19,140 nucleotides of DNA from Thermoplasmata archaeon (GCA_034667685.1 JAXDQU010000045.1:1-19140), one strand, 5' to 3'; shown: positions 8,196-17,291, numbered from the stretch's first letter. The notes: a model not told the origin generated them from the letters alone. Numbers and translations: made by a program.

Positions 8196-10379
8196 TTAGA
8201 CGTACGGCCCCGGCGAGGCGTACCGGCTCGCCGCCCCCTCGGCCTCGCGCTGCACGGTCTGCAACGCGCGCCGCAGGTGCATGTCCTCGATGCGCACCTT
8301 CGAGACGGCCGCCTCGTCCACCGGGTCGCCGCCGTGGGCCAGGTAGTCCTCGATGGCGAGGATGCTCGCCTGCTCCACGATGGCTTCGAGCTGCGCGCCG
8401 GTGAGACCGTCCGTGTCGCGGGCGAGCGTTTCGAGGCTGACGTCCTCGGCGAGCGGCCGCCCCCGCGCATGGATCTGGAAGATCTCGGCGCGCGCCTTCT
8501 CGTCGGGCGCGCCCACCTCCACGAGGCGGTCGAAGCGGCCGGGCCTCAGGAGCGCGGGGTCGAGCATGTCGGCGCGGTTGGTGGCCGCGACCACGGTGAC
8601 GCCGTGCAGAGGCTCGATGCCGTCCATCTCGTTGAGGATCGCGCTCACGATGCGCTCGGTTACCTCGTTGCCGATGCCGCGGCCGCGCGCCGGCGCGATG
8701 CTGTCGATCTCGTCGAAGAAGAGGATCGTGGGCGCCGACTCGCGCGCCTTGCGGAACACCTCGCGCACCGCCTTCTCGCTCTCGCCGACCCACTTGCTGA
8801 GGAACTCGGGCCCCTTGACCGCGATGAAGTTGGCCTTCGCCTCCGTGGCGACCGCCTTCGCCAACAAGGTCTTGCCCGTTCCCGGAGGGCCGTAGAGAAG
8901 GATGCCGCGCGGCGGGTGCGTCTTGAGGTGGGTGAAGAGCAGGCGGTACTTCAGCGGCCACTCGACGGCCTGCTGCAATTCGCGCTTGGCCTCCGCGGCG
9001 CCGCCCACCTGGTCCCACGCGACGTTGGGCGTCTGCACGAACACCTCGCGCAGCGCGCTGGGCTCCATCTCGCGGAACGCCTCCGTGAAGTCGGCCATCG
9101 TGACCTCCAGCTTCTCCAGCACCTCGCCGGGCAGCGTCGCGGCCTCCAGGTCGAGGTCCGGCAGGATGCGGCGCACGGCGCGCATCGCGGCCTCCTTCGC
9201 CAGCGCGCTGAGGTCCGCGCCCACGAAGCCGTGCGTGTTGTCCGCCAGCTCCTCCAGCCTCACGTCGTCCGCGAGCGGCATGCCGCGCGTGTGGATCTGC
9301 AGGATCTCCATGCGCCCCTCGCGCCCGGGCACGCCGATGACGATCTCGCGGTCGAAGCGGCCCGGCCTGCGCAGCGCGGGGTCGAGCGCGTTGGGCCGGT
9401 TCGTCGCGGCGATCACGACCACGCGCCCGCGCGACTTGAGCCCGTCCATCAGCGTGAGCAATTGCGCCACGACGCGCCGCTCCACCTCGCCCTGCGTCTC
9501 CTCGCGCTTGGGGGCGATGCTATCGATCTCGTCGATGAAGACGATCGAGGGCGCCTTCTTCTCGGCCTCCTCGAAGATCTGGCGAAGGCGCTCCTCGCTC
9601 TCGCCATAGTATTTCGACATGATCTCGGGGCCCGCGATCTGGAAGAACTGCGCGCCCGCCTCGTTCGCCACCGCCTTCGCGATGAGCGTCTTGCCCGTGC
9701 CGGGCGGACCGTGGAGCAGCACGCCCTTGGGCGCCTCGACGCCGAGCCGCTCGAAGATCTCGGGGTGGCGGAGCGGAAGCTCGATCATCTCGCGGATGCG
9801 CGTGAGCTCGTCGCCCAGCCCGCCGATGTCCTCGTAGCGGATGCCGGCGCCCACCGCCCCGGCCGCGCGCGGCTCCTCCTCCAGGACCAGCTCGGTCTCC
9901 TCGGACATCATCGCCACGTCGACGCGCGGCTGGAGCGCAATCACGACGAGGTCGACGCGCCGGCCCATGATGCCCAGCGGGATCACGTCGCCGCGATGCA
10001 GCGCGCGCCCTTCGAGCACCTGCTTGAGGTACGGCTCGCCGCCCACGATGCGCAACGGCTCGGTGGGCGCCAGCGTCACGGCCTGCGCGGGCGGCGCCTC
10101 GATCTTCGCCACCGTCACGGTGTCCTCGGTCCCCACGCCCGCGTTGTGCCGCAGGATGCCGTCCATGCGCACGAGGCCGCGCCCCTTGTCCTCGGGCAGG
10201 CTCTGCCAGACGCGCGCCGCCGTCGGCTTCTTGCCGCGGATCATCAGGACGTCGCCAGGCTCCGCGCCCAGCTCCTTCGCGATCTCGGGCGAGAGCCGCA
10301 CGAGCCCGCGTCCCGCCTCGCCGGGCCGCGCTTCGGCCACGCGCGCCTTGCGTCCAGTGTCCTCGGTCTTCTTCGCCAT
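8196..10379 (-). CDS. cdc48: CDC48/VAT family AAA+ ATPase
   Basis: N-domain ([13 protein letters not shown]); two AAA modules with [24 protein letters not shown] and [24 protein letters not shown]; pore loops KYYGE and KWVGE; C-terminal PYV with penultimate Tyr. Confidence 0.97.
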   Translation of the reverse strand: MAKKTEDTGRKARVAEARPGEAGRGLVRLSPEIAKELGAEPGDVLMIRGKKPTAARVWQSLPEDKGRGLVRMDGILRHNAGVGTEDTVTVAKIEAPPAQAVTLAPTEPLRIVGGEPYLKQVLEGRALHRGDVIPLGIMGRRVDLVVIALQPRVDVAMMSEETELVLEEEPRAAGAVGAGIRYEDIGGLGDELTRIREMIELPLRHPEIFERLGVEAPKGVLLHGPPGTGKTLIAKAVANEAGAQFFQIAGPEIMSKYYGESEERLRQIFEEAEKKAPSIVFIDEIDSIAPKREETQGEVERRVVAQLLTLMDGLKSRGRVVVIAATNRPNALDPALRRPGRFDREIVIGVPGREGRMEILQIHTRGMPLADDVRLEELADNTHGFVGADLSALAKEAAMRAVRRILPDLDLEAATLPGEVLEKLEVTMADFTEAFREMEPSALREVFVQTPNVAWDQVGGAAEAKRELQQAVEWPLKYRLLFTHLKTHPPRGILLYGPPGTGKTLLAKAVATEAKANFIAVKGPEFLSKWVGESEKAVREVFRKARESAPTILFFDEIDSIAPARGRGIGNEVTERIVSAILNEMDGIEPLHGVTVVAATNRADMLDPALLRPGRFDRLVEVGAPDEKARAEIFQIHARGRPLAEDVSLETLARDTDGLTGAQLEAIVEQASILAIEDYLAHGGDPVDEAAVSKVRIEDMHLRRALQTVQREAEGAASRYASPGPYV

Positions 10380-10479
10380 GCTCAGGCCCAGCCGCGGCGC
10401 GTGCGTCGGATTTCTGGCACAATCACCGATGCCCCCCGAGCGTGCGTACGTTCATCAGGCATCGGCGGCTTCCCGCCGC

Positions 10480-11193
10480 GTGGCCGGGCACCTCGTCACG
10501 CTGGAGACCACCGCGGGCAACCTCGTGCTGGAGCTGGCCGTGGACGACGCGCCCAAGACGGCCGCGAACTTCCTGGCGTACGTGAAGGCGGGCTTCTACG
10601 CGGGCACTGTCTTCCATCGCGTGATCCCGCGCTTCGTCGCGCAGGCGGGCGGCTATCGCCCCGACGGATCGCGCAAGCCCGCGCTCTTCCCGCCGATCCG
10701 CTTGGAGTCGTCCACGCTCAAGCACACGGACGGCGCGCTGGGCATGGCGCGCCTCCCCGACCCGCACACCGCGACCTCGGAGTTCTACCTCTGCGACGGG
10801 CCGCAGCGCGACCTCGACGGCAACTACTGCGTGTTCGGCCGGCTGCTCGAAGGGCGCGAGGTGCTGCGCCGCATCGCGGGCACGCCCACCAAGCCCGGCG
10901 ACTGGCCGATCGATCCGCCCGTGATCGTGCGCGCGTACGAGGGCAAGCCCGACCCCGCGAATCCCGCGCCGAAGTGGGAGCCGCCCGCCAAGGTCGCGGG
11001 CAGCGCCGACGCCGAGGTCGTGCGCGCCGCGGCGAAGAAGCTGCGCGGCCGCGCCGCCATGCTCCGCGCGCGCAAGCCGCTCCTGGCAATGGGCGACGTC
11101 GAGAGCGCCATCGCCAACGCGGACCGCACCGGCGCGCAGGCGGACCTGGAGCGCGCCGAGAAGATGCTCGTGGAGAAGGAAGCGCGGAAATGA
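10480..11193 (+). CDS. Cyclophilin-type peptidyl-prolyl cis-trans isomerase with C-terminal extension
   Basis: APKTAANF, GFYAGTVFHRVIPRFVAQAGG, GALGMAR, ATSEFY, LDGNYCVFG. GTG 10480 lies 23 nt after TTCATC; ATG 10429 is an alternative start. Confidence 0.9.
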   Translation: MAGHLVTLETTAGNLVLELAVDDAPKTAANFLAYVKAGFYAGTVFHRVIPRFVAQAGGYRPDGSRKPALFPPIRLESSTLKHTDGALGMARLPDPHTATSEFYLCDGPQRDLDGNYCVFGRLLEGREVLRRIAGTPTKPGDWPIDPPVIVRAYEGKPDPANPAPKWEPPAKVAGSADAEVVRAAAKKLRGRAAMLRARKPLLAMGDVESAIANADRTGAQADLERAEKMLVEKEARK

Positions 11194-11588
11194 TCCTCGC
11201 GGCCGCGCTTGCGGGGCTCCTCCTCGTGCTGCTCGCGGCCAAGGCGCACGGCCGCCAGGTCCGCCTGGAGCGCGAGTCGGCGGGGCTGGGCGGCGAGGTC
11301 GACTTCCGCGATCCGCCGCCGCGCGTCGCGCTCCTCTGGCGCCGCGACCGCATCCGGTACTGGATCACGCTCCCCGCGCTGGCCCTCGCGCTGCCCGCGC
11401 TTGGCGCGCTCGCCCGCCTCGCCTGGCCGCAGCTCCTGCTCCTGGCGCTGGTCGCGGCGCCCACGCTCGCCTTTGCGCTCCTGGGCCTCGACAGCGCGCG
11501 CCGCGTCGCGCAGCCCCGCGCCACGTGGGCCTGGTGGGGCGCGCTTGCCCTCGCCACGGGCGCGTGGACGACGCTCCTGGTCCTCTAG
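11190..11588 (+). CDS. Hypothetical membrane protein (132 aa)
   Basis: ATGA overlap with the cyclophilin stop and four hydrophobic segments. It is the tail of track ORF 7806..11588. Confidence 0.7.
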   Translation: MILAAALAGLLLVLLAAKAHGRQVRLERESAGLGGEVDFRDPPPRVALLWRRDRIRYWITLPALALALPALGALARLAWPQLLLLALVAAPTLAFALLGLDSARRVAQPRATWAWWGALALATGAWTTLLVL

Positions 11589-12001
11589 TCTTCCCAGCGC
11601 GCCTTCACCCAGTCGAGCATCGCGCGCGCCGCCTCGGGCTCGGCGTAGGCGATGTCGGTGACGGAGATGACGCCCGCGGCCATGCCGTCGCGCAGCACGA
11701 CGAGGCGCTTGATGCGCAGCGTCCGCATCTTCTCCGCCGCGGCCTCGACCGTCTCGTCGGCGCCGATCGTCACGATAGGCGCGCTCATGACGTCGGCGAG
11801 GCGCGTGGCGTCCGGGTCGCGCGCCGCGCCGATCACGCGGAAGACGAGGTCGCGCTCCGTCGCGATGCCCACGGCGTCCTCGCCGCGCATCACGACGAGG
11901 CAGCCGACGCGGTGAAGCTCCATCAGCCGAGCCGCTTCGCGCGCGCTCGTCGCGGCATCCGCCGACACGACGGGGCGGTGCATCAGCGAGTCGACGATCA
12001 T
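11585..12001 (-). CDS. CBS domain pair protein
   Basis: Two CBS repeats: VGCLVV...VGIATERD and IKRLVV...GVISVTD. ATG 12001 lies 23 nt after CTGAAG; GTG 12007 is an alternative. Confidence 0.9.
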   Translation of the reverse strand: MIVDSLMHRPVVSADAATSAREAARLMELHRVGCLVVMRGEDAVGIATERDLVFRVIGAARDPDATRLADVMSAPIVTIGADETVEAAAEKMRTLRIKRLVVLRDGMAAGVISVTDIAYAEPEAARAMLDWVKARWED

Positions 12002-12092
12002 GCTCACGTCTCGACGCGGGGCGCCTTCAGCCTGCCGCCGCTACGAAGATCGGGAGCGAGCCTTCTTCCTCGAAGGGCGGCATCGCGAGCCG

Positions 12093-12719
12093 ATGCGCGT
12101 CGACGTCTGGAGCGACATCGCGTGCCCCTGGTGCTGGCTGGGGAAGCGCAACCTGGAGGAGGCGATCCGCCAGGCGGGGCGCGACGACGTCGAGGTCGTC
12201 ATGCGCTCCTTCGAGCTCAATCCGCGCGCCGGCCCCACGCGCCCCGCGAAGGAGTACCTGGCCGAGCGCTTCGGAAGCCTCGCGCGGGTCGAGGACGCGC
12301 ACCGCAGGCTCGAAGCGATGGGCGAGCGCGTGGGGCTGCGTTACGACTTCGCGCGCCAGCAGGTCGCCAACACGTTCGACGCGCACCGCGTCCACCAGCT
12401 CGCCAAGACGCGCGGCCTGGGCGCGCCGGTGGTCGAGCGGCTGATGCGCGCGTACCACGGCGAGGGAGCGGACCTCGCGGACCGTGCGACCCTTCGCCGT
12501 CTCGCGCTGGAGGCCGGCCTCGAAGCCTCGGACGTGGACGACGTCCTGTCGAGCGAGGCGTACGCCGACGCCGTGCGCGCGGACGAGGCGCTCGCCGCCG
12601 AGCTGGGCGTGCAGGGCGTGCCGTTCTTCGTCCTCGACGGGCGGCACGCCATCTCGGGCGCGCAGCCGGTCGAGGCCTTCGCGCGGGCGCTCAGCGCTTC
12701 GCTTCACGATGCCGCTTAG
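12093..12719 (+). CDS. DsbA-family oxidoreductase, FrnE-like
   Basis: VDVWSDIACPWCWLGKR, SFELNP, NTFDAHR, GVQGVPFFV, ISGAQP; no signal peptide. Confidence 0.92.
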   Translation: MRVDVWSDIACPWCWLGKRNLEEAIRQAGRDDVEVVMRSFELNPRAGPTRPAKEYLAERFGSLARVEDAHRRLEAMGERVGLRYDFARQQVANTFDAHRVHQLAKTRGLGAPVVERLMRAYHGEGADLADRATLRRLALEAGLEASDVDDVLSSEAYADAVRADEALAAELGVQGVPFFVLDGRHAISGAQPVEAFARALSASLHDAA

Positions 12720-12804
12720 CCGGCTCCTTGCTCGGCGCGTCGTCCTGGGGCGCCATGCGCGGGTCGCGCGTCTTGCCATCCACGTAGTCGGGCGTCTTGC
12801 GCAT
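12691..12804 (-). CDS. Putative 37-aa small protein
   Basis: MRKTPDYVDGKTRDPRMAPQDDAPSKEPAKRHREAKR. G/C at nearly all third positions outside the overlap with the dsbA-like gene. CTCTTC hexamer 25 nt upstream. Confidence 0.4.
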   Translation of the reverse strand: MRKTPDYVDGKTRDPRMAPQDDAPSKEPAKRHREAKR

Positions 12805-12929
12805 CCGAGGCGCTTTGGCGGCCCGGCGAGAAGAGCCGATGCGCCGGATCGTCGATGGCCGGCCGTCCAGCCCCGCGGTCGCGTGCCGCAAGGGCGAGCG
12901 CTTTTGCCCGCGCGCCGCATCCCGCGCCG

Positions 12930-13226
12930 ATGCCCGCCTACGTCCTCGCGCTCATCGAGTCGATCCACGATCCGGACGCGTACAAGCGCTACGTCGCGCA
13001 GGTCGAGGCGACGATGACGCCCTTCGGCGGCCGTTTCCTCGCGCGCGTGCCCGGCCCGGAGGCGCTCGAAGGCGGCCCCGCCCCCAGCCGCGCGGTCGTG
13101 CTGGAGTTCCCCAGCGTCGAGAAGGCGCGGGCGTGGCACGCCTCGCCGAGCTATCAGCCGGTCGCGGCGCTGCGCCAGTCGGCGTCGCGCGGAACCCTGC
13201 TGCTCCTTCCCGGCTACGCGCCCTGA
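12930..13226 (+). CDS. DUF1330 domain protein
   Basis: MPAYV...DPDAYKRY...FGGRFLAR...LEG...VVLEFPSVEKARAWHASPSYQ...R. Confidence 0.9.
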   Translation: MPAYVLALIESIHDPDAYKRYVAQVEATMTPFGGRFLARVPGPEALEGGPAPSRAVVLEFPSVEKARAWHASPSYQPVAALRQSASRGTLLLLPGYAP

Positions 13227-14434
13227 GCGCGCTGGAGCACGCGCATCGCCTGGAGCGTCGCCCACTTCGAGGGCTCGCCCAGCGGCTCGACGACCAGCGG
13301 CGTGATGGCGGCGAGGCCCTTCGGCGCGTAGTCCGCGCCCTCCGCGAGGTCGGGATGCTGCGCGTCGAGCCGCCAGCGTCCGTCCGCGCCGCGCTTGCCC
13401 AGGAGCCACGCCAGCGCGGGCGCGAGCCAGGGGTCATACGGATTGCCAAGCTCGGTGGCGAGGTCGAGGCCCAGCAGCGCGTCATAGTAGTAGTGGCACG
13501 GGAAGTGGATGCGGCGCCACGGCTCGTAGGGATCGTCCATGCCCAGGCGCTCGCGCAGCAGGAACGCGACGCCGCGCGCCACGGTCTCGCGCGGACGCTC
13601 CGCACGGGGCAGCGCGGCGAAGGCGCCCAGCGCCTCCCACGAGTCGAGGGTGCCGCCCTGCGCCTGCTCGGGCCAGCAGTGCCAGCCGCCATCCTCGCGC
13701 TGCGCCGCCACGAGCCACGCCAGGCCGCGGGCAACGCGCGGGTCGTCGCGCCGGCCCATGCGGATCGCCGCGCGCGTGAGGTTGCCCACCACGCACACCT
13801 CGTCGTCGAGGATATCACCGCCCCGAGGCCCGAGGAAGGCGTCGAGGCACGCCTCCAGCAGCGCGCCGGCGCGCGGCTCGGAGGCGTCGAGGCCCATCTC
13901 GGCGAGCGCGATGAGGCGATGGTAGGGCGCGCCGTACTTGGGCTTGTAGAGCGCGTCGAGGTCGCGCGGGACCGGCCCGAGGCCCGCGAGCACGCGCGCC
14001 GCCGAGCCGCGCAACGGGATCTCGCGCCGCGCGGCCACGACCTCCGCATCGTCGGGCGCGCGCCCCGCGAGGTCGACGAGCGCCTGCGCGCGGACGGCCG
14101 GATCGGCCGGGTCGAGGAGCCATGCAAGCGTCGCGTCCGGGACGAACGCGATGCGGCGGTCGAAGCTCGCGTGGCGGCCCGCCGGCGCCTCCCGCGGCGC
14201 GAAACGCTCGTCGCGCAGCTCGACCGACGCCATCCGGTCCAGGGCGAAGCGGCGCCACGCCGGCAGCGGACCCGACGCGCTCCGTCCCCCGACCTGGTAG
14301 GCGAGGAGATGGAGCGCGCCGCGCTGCTCGCCCAGCGTGTGCGGCTCGACGAGGCGCGGCTCGCCGTCGTACGCGAACGCGACGAGCCGGCGCGCCTCGA
14401 TGGCGGCGAGCAGCGTCTCGCGCGTCGCGGGCAT
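13214..14434 (-). CDS. WYL domain fused to a prenyltransferase/squalene-cyclase-like alpha/alpha-toroid domain
   Basis: Residues 1-98: AI...LVAFAY..EPRLVEPHTLG...LLAYQ...WRRFALDRM (WYL pattern). Residues 99-406: WLL...DPAVR, YKPKY, CVVGN, WLVAAQREDGGWHC, FP..YYYD, LLGKRGADGRW, GEPSKWATL. Confidence 0.82.
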   Translation of the reverse strand: MPATRETLLAAIEARRLVAFAYDGEPRLVEPHTLGEQRGALHLLAYQVGGRSASGPLPAWRRFALDRMASVELRDERFAPREAPAGRHASFDRRIAFVPDATLAWLLDPADPAVRAQALVDLAGRAPDDAEVVAARREIPLRGSAARVLAGLGPVPRDLDALYKPKYGAPYHRLIALAEMGLDASEPRAGALLEACLDAFLGPRGGDILDDEVCVVGNLTRAAIRMGRRDDPRVARGLAWLVAAQREDGGWHCWPEQAQGGTLDSWEALGAFAALPRAERPRETVARGVAFLLRERLGMDDPYEPWRRIHFPCHYYYDALLGLDLATELGNPYDPWLAPALAWLLGKRGADGRWRLDAQHPDLAEGADYAPKGLAAITPLVVEPLGEPSKWATLQAMRVLQRAQGA

Positions 14435-14467
14435 GGCGGGTGGACGCTCGCCCCGCTGCAAGAAGCT

Positions 14468-15316
14468 TCACGTGTAACACGGCGGGAGCACGCGCGCCAG
14501 CGCCGCGGACTCTTCCGGTGTGAGCGGCGTGTCGCGCGCGGCGAGGTCGTCGGCCGCGTGGCGCGCGTCGCTCGTGCCGGTCAGCACGATGGCGCCCTGC
14601 TCGATCCAGAAGCGCAGCAGCATCGCGCCCGGCGCGAGGCCCGTGCGCGCGCTGGCGGCGCGGACGGCCGGGTGCGCGAGCAGCGCGGGCGCGGCGGTGA
14701 GCAGCGAGAAGCCCTCGTAGCCCAGGCCGTGCTCGCGGCAGAAGGCGCGCGTCGCGCGGTCCGCCTCGGGCCAGACGAGCGTGCGGCTCTGCACGAGCGC
14801 CGGCTTCACCGACGCGCCGGCGTGGAGCTCCGCGAGCTGTGCGGCGCTGACGTTCGAGACGCCCAGCAGACGCACGCGCCCCGCGCGGTGCAGCGCCTCC
14901 ATCGCGCCCCACGCCTCCCAATCCTCCTTCGCGAGGCCGCGCGACGTCGAGGGGCCGTGCAGCAGGTAGGCGTCGAGGTGATCCACGCCCAGGTGCGCGA
15001 GCGAGCTTGCGAACGACTGCGCGACCTGCTCCGCGATCGGCACGGCCGGGTCGTAGGGCATCCGGTGGTCCTGCCCGCGCGCGTGCGTGAACTTCGTCTG
15101 GAGGAAGATATCGTTCCGCGCAAGGCCCGAAGCCTGGAGCGCCTCGCCCACGGCCGCCTCGTGGTAGTGCTTGCGCTGGTTCGCCGTGTCGATGCCGCGG
15201 AAGCCGGCCGCGAGCGCCTGCGCCACGAGGGGCGCGGTGCGCTCCTCCTTCCACGCGGTGCCGTAGAGCATCGTCGGCACGCGCACGCCCTGGACCACGA
15301 CCTCGCGCCGCTCCAT
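14468..15316 (-). CDS. Aldo/keto reductase
   Basis: YGTAW, GFRGIDTA...Y, IFLQTK, LDAYLLHGP, LLGVSN; the Asp-Tyr-Lys-His tetrad is present. Confidence 0.92.
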   Translation of the reverse strand: MERREVVVQGVRVPTMLYGTAWKEERTAPLVAQALAAGFRGIDTANQRKHYHEAAVGEALQASGLARNDIFLQTKFTHARGQDHRMPYDPAVPIAEQVAQSFASSLAHLGVDHLDAYLLHGPSTSRGLAKEDWEAWGAMEALHRAGRVRLLGVSNVSAAQLAELHAGASVKPALVQSRTLVWPEADRATRAFCREHGLGYEGFSLLTAAPALLAHPAVRAASARTGLAPGAMLLRFWIEQGAIVLTGTSDARHAADDLAARDTPLTPEESAALARVLPPCYT

Positions 15317-15375
15317 CGCCGCGGCACGCGGGGCGGCGTCGATGAGGCTTTGGGCGCCCGCGCCGGTCGGGGCGC

Positions 15376-16410
15376 GTGGACGTCATGGCCGCGCGGCTCG
15401 CCGCCCAGCACGTCGCGCGCCCCGCGCTGGGGAGCCCGCGCGAGGTGGCGACGCGCCTGGGCGCGGTGCAGGCGCAGGACCTTCCCGCCGCGAAGTGGGC
15501 GCTCGGGCTCAGGATGCGCAAGCCCTCGCTCGCCGCCGTGGAGCGCGCGATCGACCGCGGCGCGATCCTGCGCACGTGGCCCATGCGCGGCACGCTGCAC
15601 TTCGTCGCGGCCCGCGACGCGCGCTGGATGGTCGAGACGCTGGCGCCCCGCTCGCTGGCCCGCGCGGCCGGGCGCCGCCGCGAGCTTGGCCTCACGGACC
15701 GGACGCTCGACGTCGCGCGGCGCGCGCTGGCGCGGGCGCTCGAAGGCGGGGGACGGCTCACGCGCCCCGCGGCGTACGAGGTCCTGGAGAAGGCCGGCGT
15801 GCGCACGTCGGGCCAGCGCGGCATCCACGCGCTGGGGCACCTCGCGCAGGAGGGATTGCTCTGCGTCGGGCCCCACGAGGACAAGCAGCCCACGTTCGCG
15901 CTGCTCGACGACGTGGCGCCGCGTCCGTGGCGTCCCGCCGCTCCAGGCGCGGAGTTGGCGCGCCGCTACGCCACGGGCCACGGCCCCGCGAGCGCCGCCG
16001 ATTTCGCCTGGTGGAGCGGCCTCCCGCTGACCGAGGCGCGCGCCGCGCTCGCGTCGGCCAAGGGGCTGCGCGAGACGCCCGAAGGATGGAGCGCCGCGCG
16101 CCCACGCCAAGCCCGCGAGACCTCGCCCGCCGCGCACCTCCTGCCCGCGTTCGACGAGATGGCGGTCGCGTACAAGGACCGCGGCGCGGCGCTCCGGCGC
16201 GTGGGCAAGCTCGCGAGCCCGCAGATCGGCCTGCTGAGCCCGTGCATCCTCGTGGACGGGCAGATGGTGGGCACGTGGGGGCGCACGCTGACGAGGACGC
16301 GCGTCCGGATCGCGCTCAAGCCGCTCGTAGCGTGGAGCCGCGCGGAGCGCAGCGCGGTCGAGGCGGCGGCCCAGGCTTATGCCGACTTCCTGGGTTTGGA
16401 GGCAGCATGA
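15376..16410 (+). CDS. HTH_42 winged-helix DNA glycosylase, AlkZ-like
   Basis: GAVQAQD (QxQ catalytic motif of the AlkZ clade), RTWPMRGTLHFV, RRY...HGPAS..DFAWWSGL, LLPAFDE...Y, ILVDGQMVGTW. Confidence 0.88.
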   Translation: MDVMAARLAAQHVARPALGSPREVATRLGAVQAQDLPAAKWALGLRMRKPSLAAVERAIDRGAILRTWPMRGTLHFVAARDARWMVETLAPRSLARAAGRRRELGLTDRTLDVARRALARALEGGGRLTRPAAYEVLEKAGVRTSGQRGIHALGHLAQEGLLCVGPHEDKQPTFALLDDVAPRPWRPAAPGAELARRYATGHGPASAADFAWWSGLPLTEARAALASAKGLRETPEGWSAARPRQARETSPAAHLLPAFDEMAVAYKDRGAALRRVGKLASPQIGLLSPCILVDGQMVGTWGRTLTRTRVRIALKPLVAWSRAERSAVEAAAQAYADFLGLEAA

Positions 16411-16868
16411 AGCTCGCCGGCCCGCACGCCACGCGCCCGATCTCGTACCTTGGCCTCTGGACGCCCGGCGCGTGGCGCCTGAAGGTCTACGGCATCCGCC
16501 ACGGTGGCGCCGCGCCCGATCCGGCGCTCGTGGAGATGGCGAAGGCCGCCGCGGCGCCGCGCCTGCCCACCCCCGACGCGGAGCGCGGCCCCTACGGCGT
16601 CGGGTTCCTCGGCGTGCACCAGGGGCGCGGCGCGGACTTCACGTTCCTCGACTGGTGGAGCGCGGAGAACGAGCTGCACCACCTCGTCTGGACGCGCGTC
16701 GGCACGGGCCCGCTGAGGCCCAACCCGCCGGAAGGGCCCTCGGTGTGCGTGTGGGACCTGGCCGTGCAGTGGCGCGAGCGCGAGGCGTGGGTCGCGCACG
16801 TGCTCGCCGACCCGAAGGGTCCGGACCTCGAAAGCTATCTCGCGGACGCGCGGCCGGGCGAGGCCTGA
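16407..16868 (+). CDS. Conserved hypothetical protein (153 aa)
   Basis: ATGA overlap with the AlkZ-like stop and GGAGG upstream. Globular sequence with LKVYGI, GFLGVHQG, WWSAENELH, CVWDLAV..REREAW, PDLESYL. Confidence 0.8.
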   Translation: MKLAGPHATRPISYLGLWTPGAWRLKVYGIRHGGAAPDPALVEMAKAAAAPRLPTPDAERGPYGVGFLGVHQGRGADFTFLDWWSAENELHHLVWTRVGTGPLRPNPPEGPSVCVWDLAVQWREREAWVAHVLADPKGPDLESYLADARPGEA

Positions 16869-16870
16869 GC

Positions 16871-17257
16871 ATGCGTCGGGCCGCCGCGGCCGCCGCGCTC
16901 CTCGCGGGCCTCGTGACGTTCGCGGGCGGGATCGCGCACGTCGTGGGCGTCACGCGCAGCGCCCTCGCGCGCGACGGGCTCTTCGACGCGCGCCACGTCA
17001 CGCTCCTCGTCATCGGCTGGTCGCTGCTCGCGCCCGCGGCGGGGCTCGTGGCCGCCGGCGCGGGCATGGCGCGGCGCCGCGCGTGGGCCTACCCCACGGC
17101 GCTGGCGCTGGGCGCGTTCCTCCTCGTCGAGCTCGTGCTCCTGGGCAGCACCCTCGGGACGCCCGCGCAGGCGCTCCCGGCCTACGCGGCTGCGCTGGCG
17201 TGCCTGGCGCTCTGGGCCGTGGCGTGGCGGCGCGGGGGCCGCACGGGTTCGGGCTAG
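16871..17257 (+). CDS. Hypothetical four-helix membrane protein
   Basis: ATG 2 nt after the upstream stop; four hydrophobic segments. Confidence 0.7.
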   Translation: MRRAAAAAALLAGLVTFAGGIAHVVGVTRSALARDGLFDARHVTLLVIGWSLLAPAAGLVAAGAGMARRRAWAYPTALALGAFLLVELVLLGSTLGTPAQALPAYAAALACLALWAVAWRRGGRTGSG

Positions 17258-17291
17258 CGGCCTTCGTCCGGCTGCGCTTCAGGGCGGAAGC

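Noticed and set aside
7806-11189. 1260-aa plus-strand ORF (7806..11588)
   Set aside because: Antisense shadow of cdc48 and off-frame over the cyclophilin. Only the last 132 codons look like a real gene.
13214-14140. Calling the toroid domain a squalene-hopene cyclase
   Set aside because: It is a single ~300-aa domain with no canonical DxDD motif (only DILDDE), so only fold-level similarity is supportable.
12797-16030. 1077-aa ORF and the many other long Arg/Ala/Pro-rich ORFs in the track
   Set aside because: Stop-poor alternative frames expected at this GC content. They overlap well-supported genes and have no motifs.
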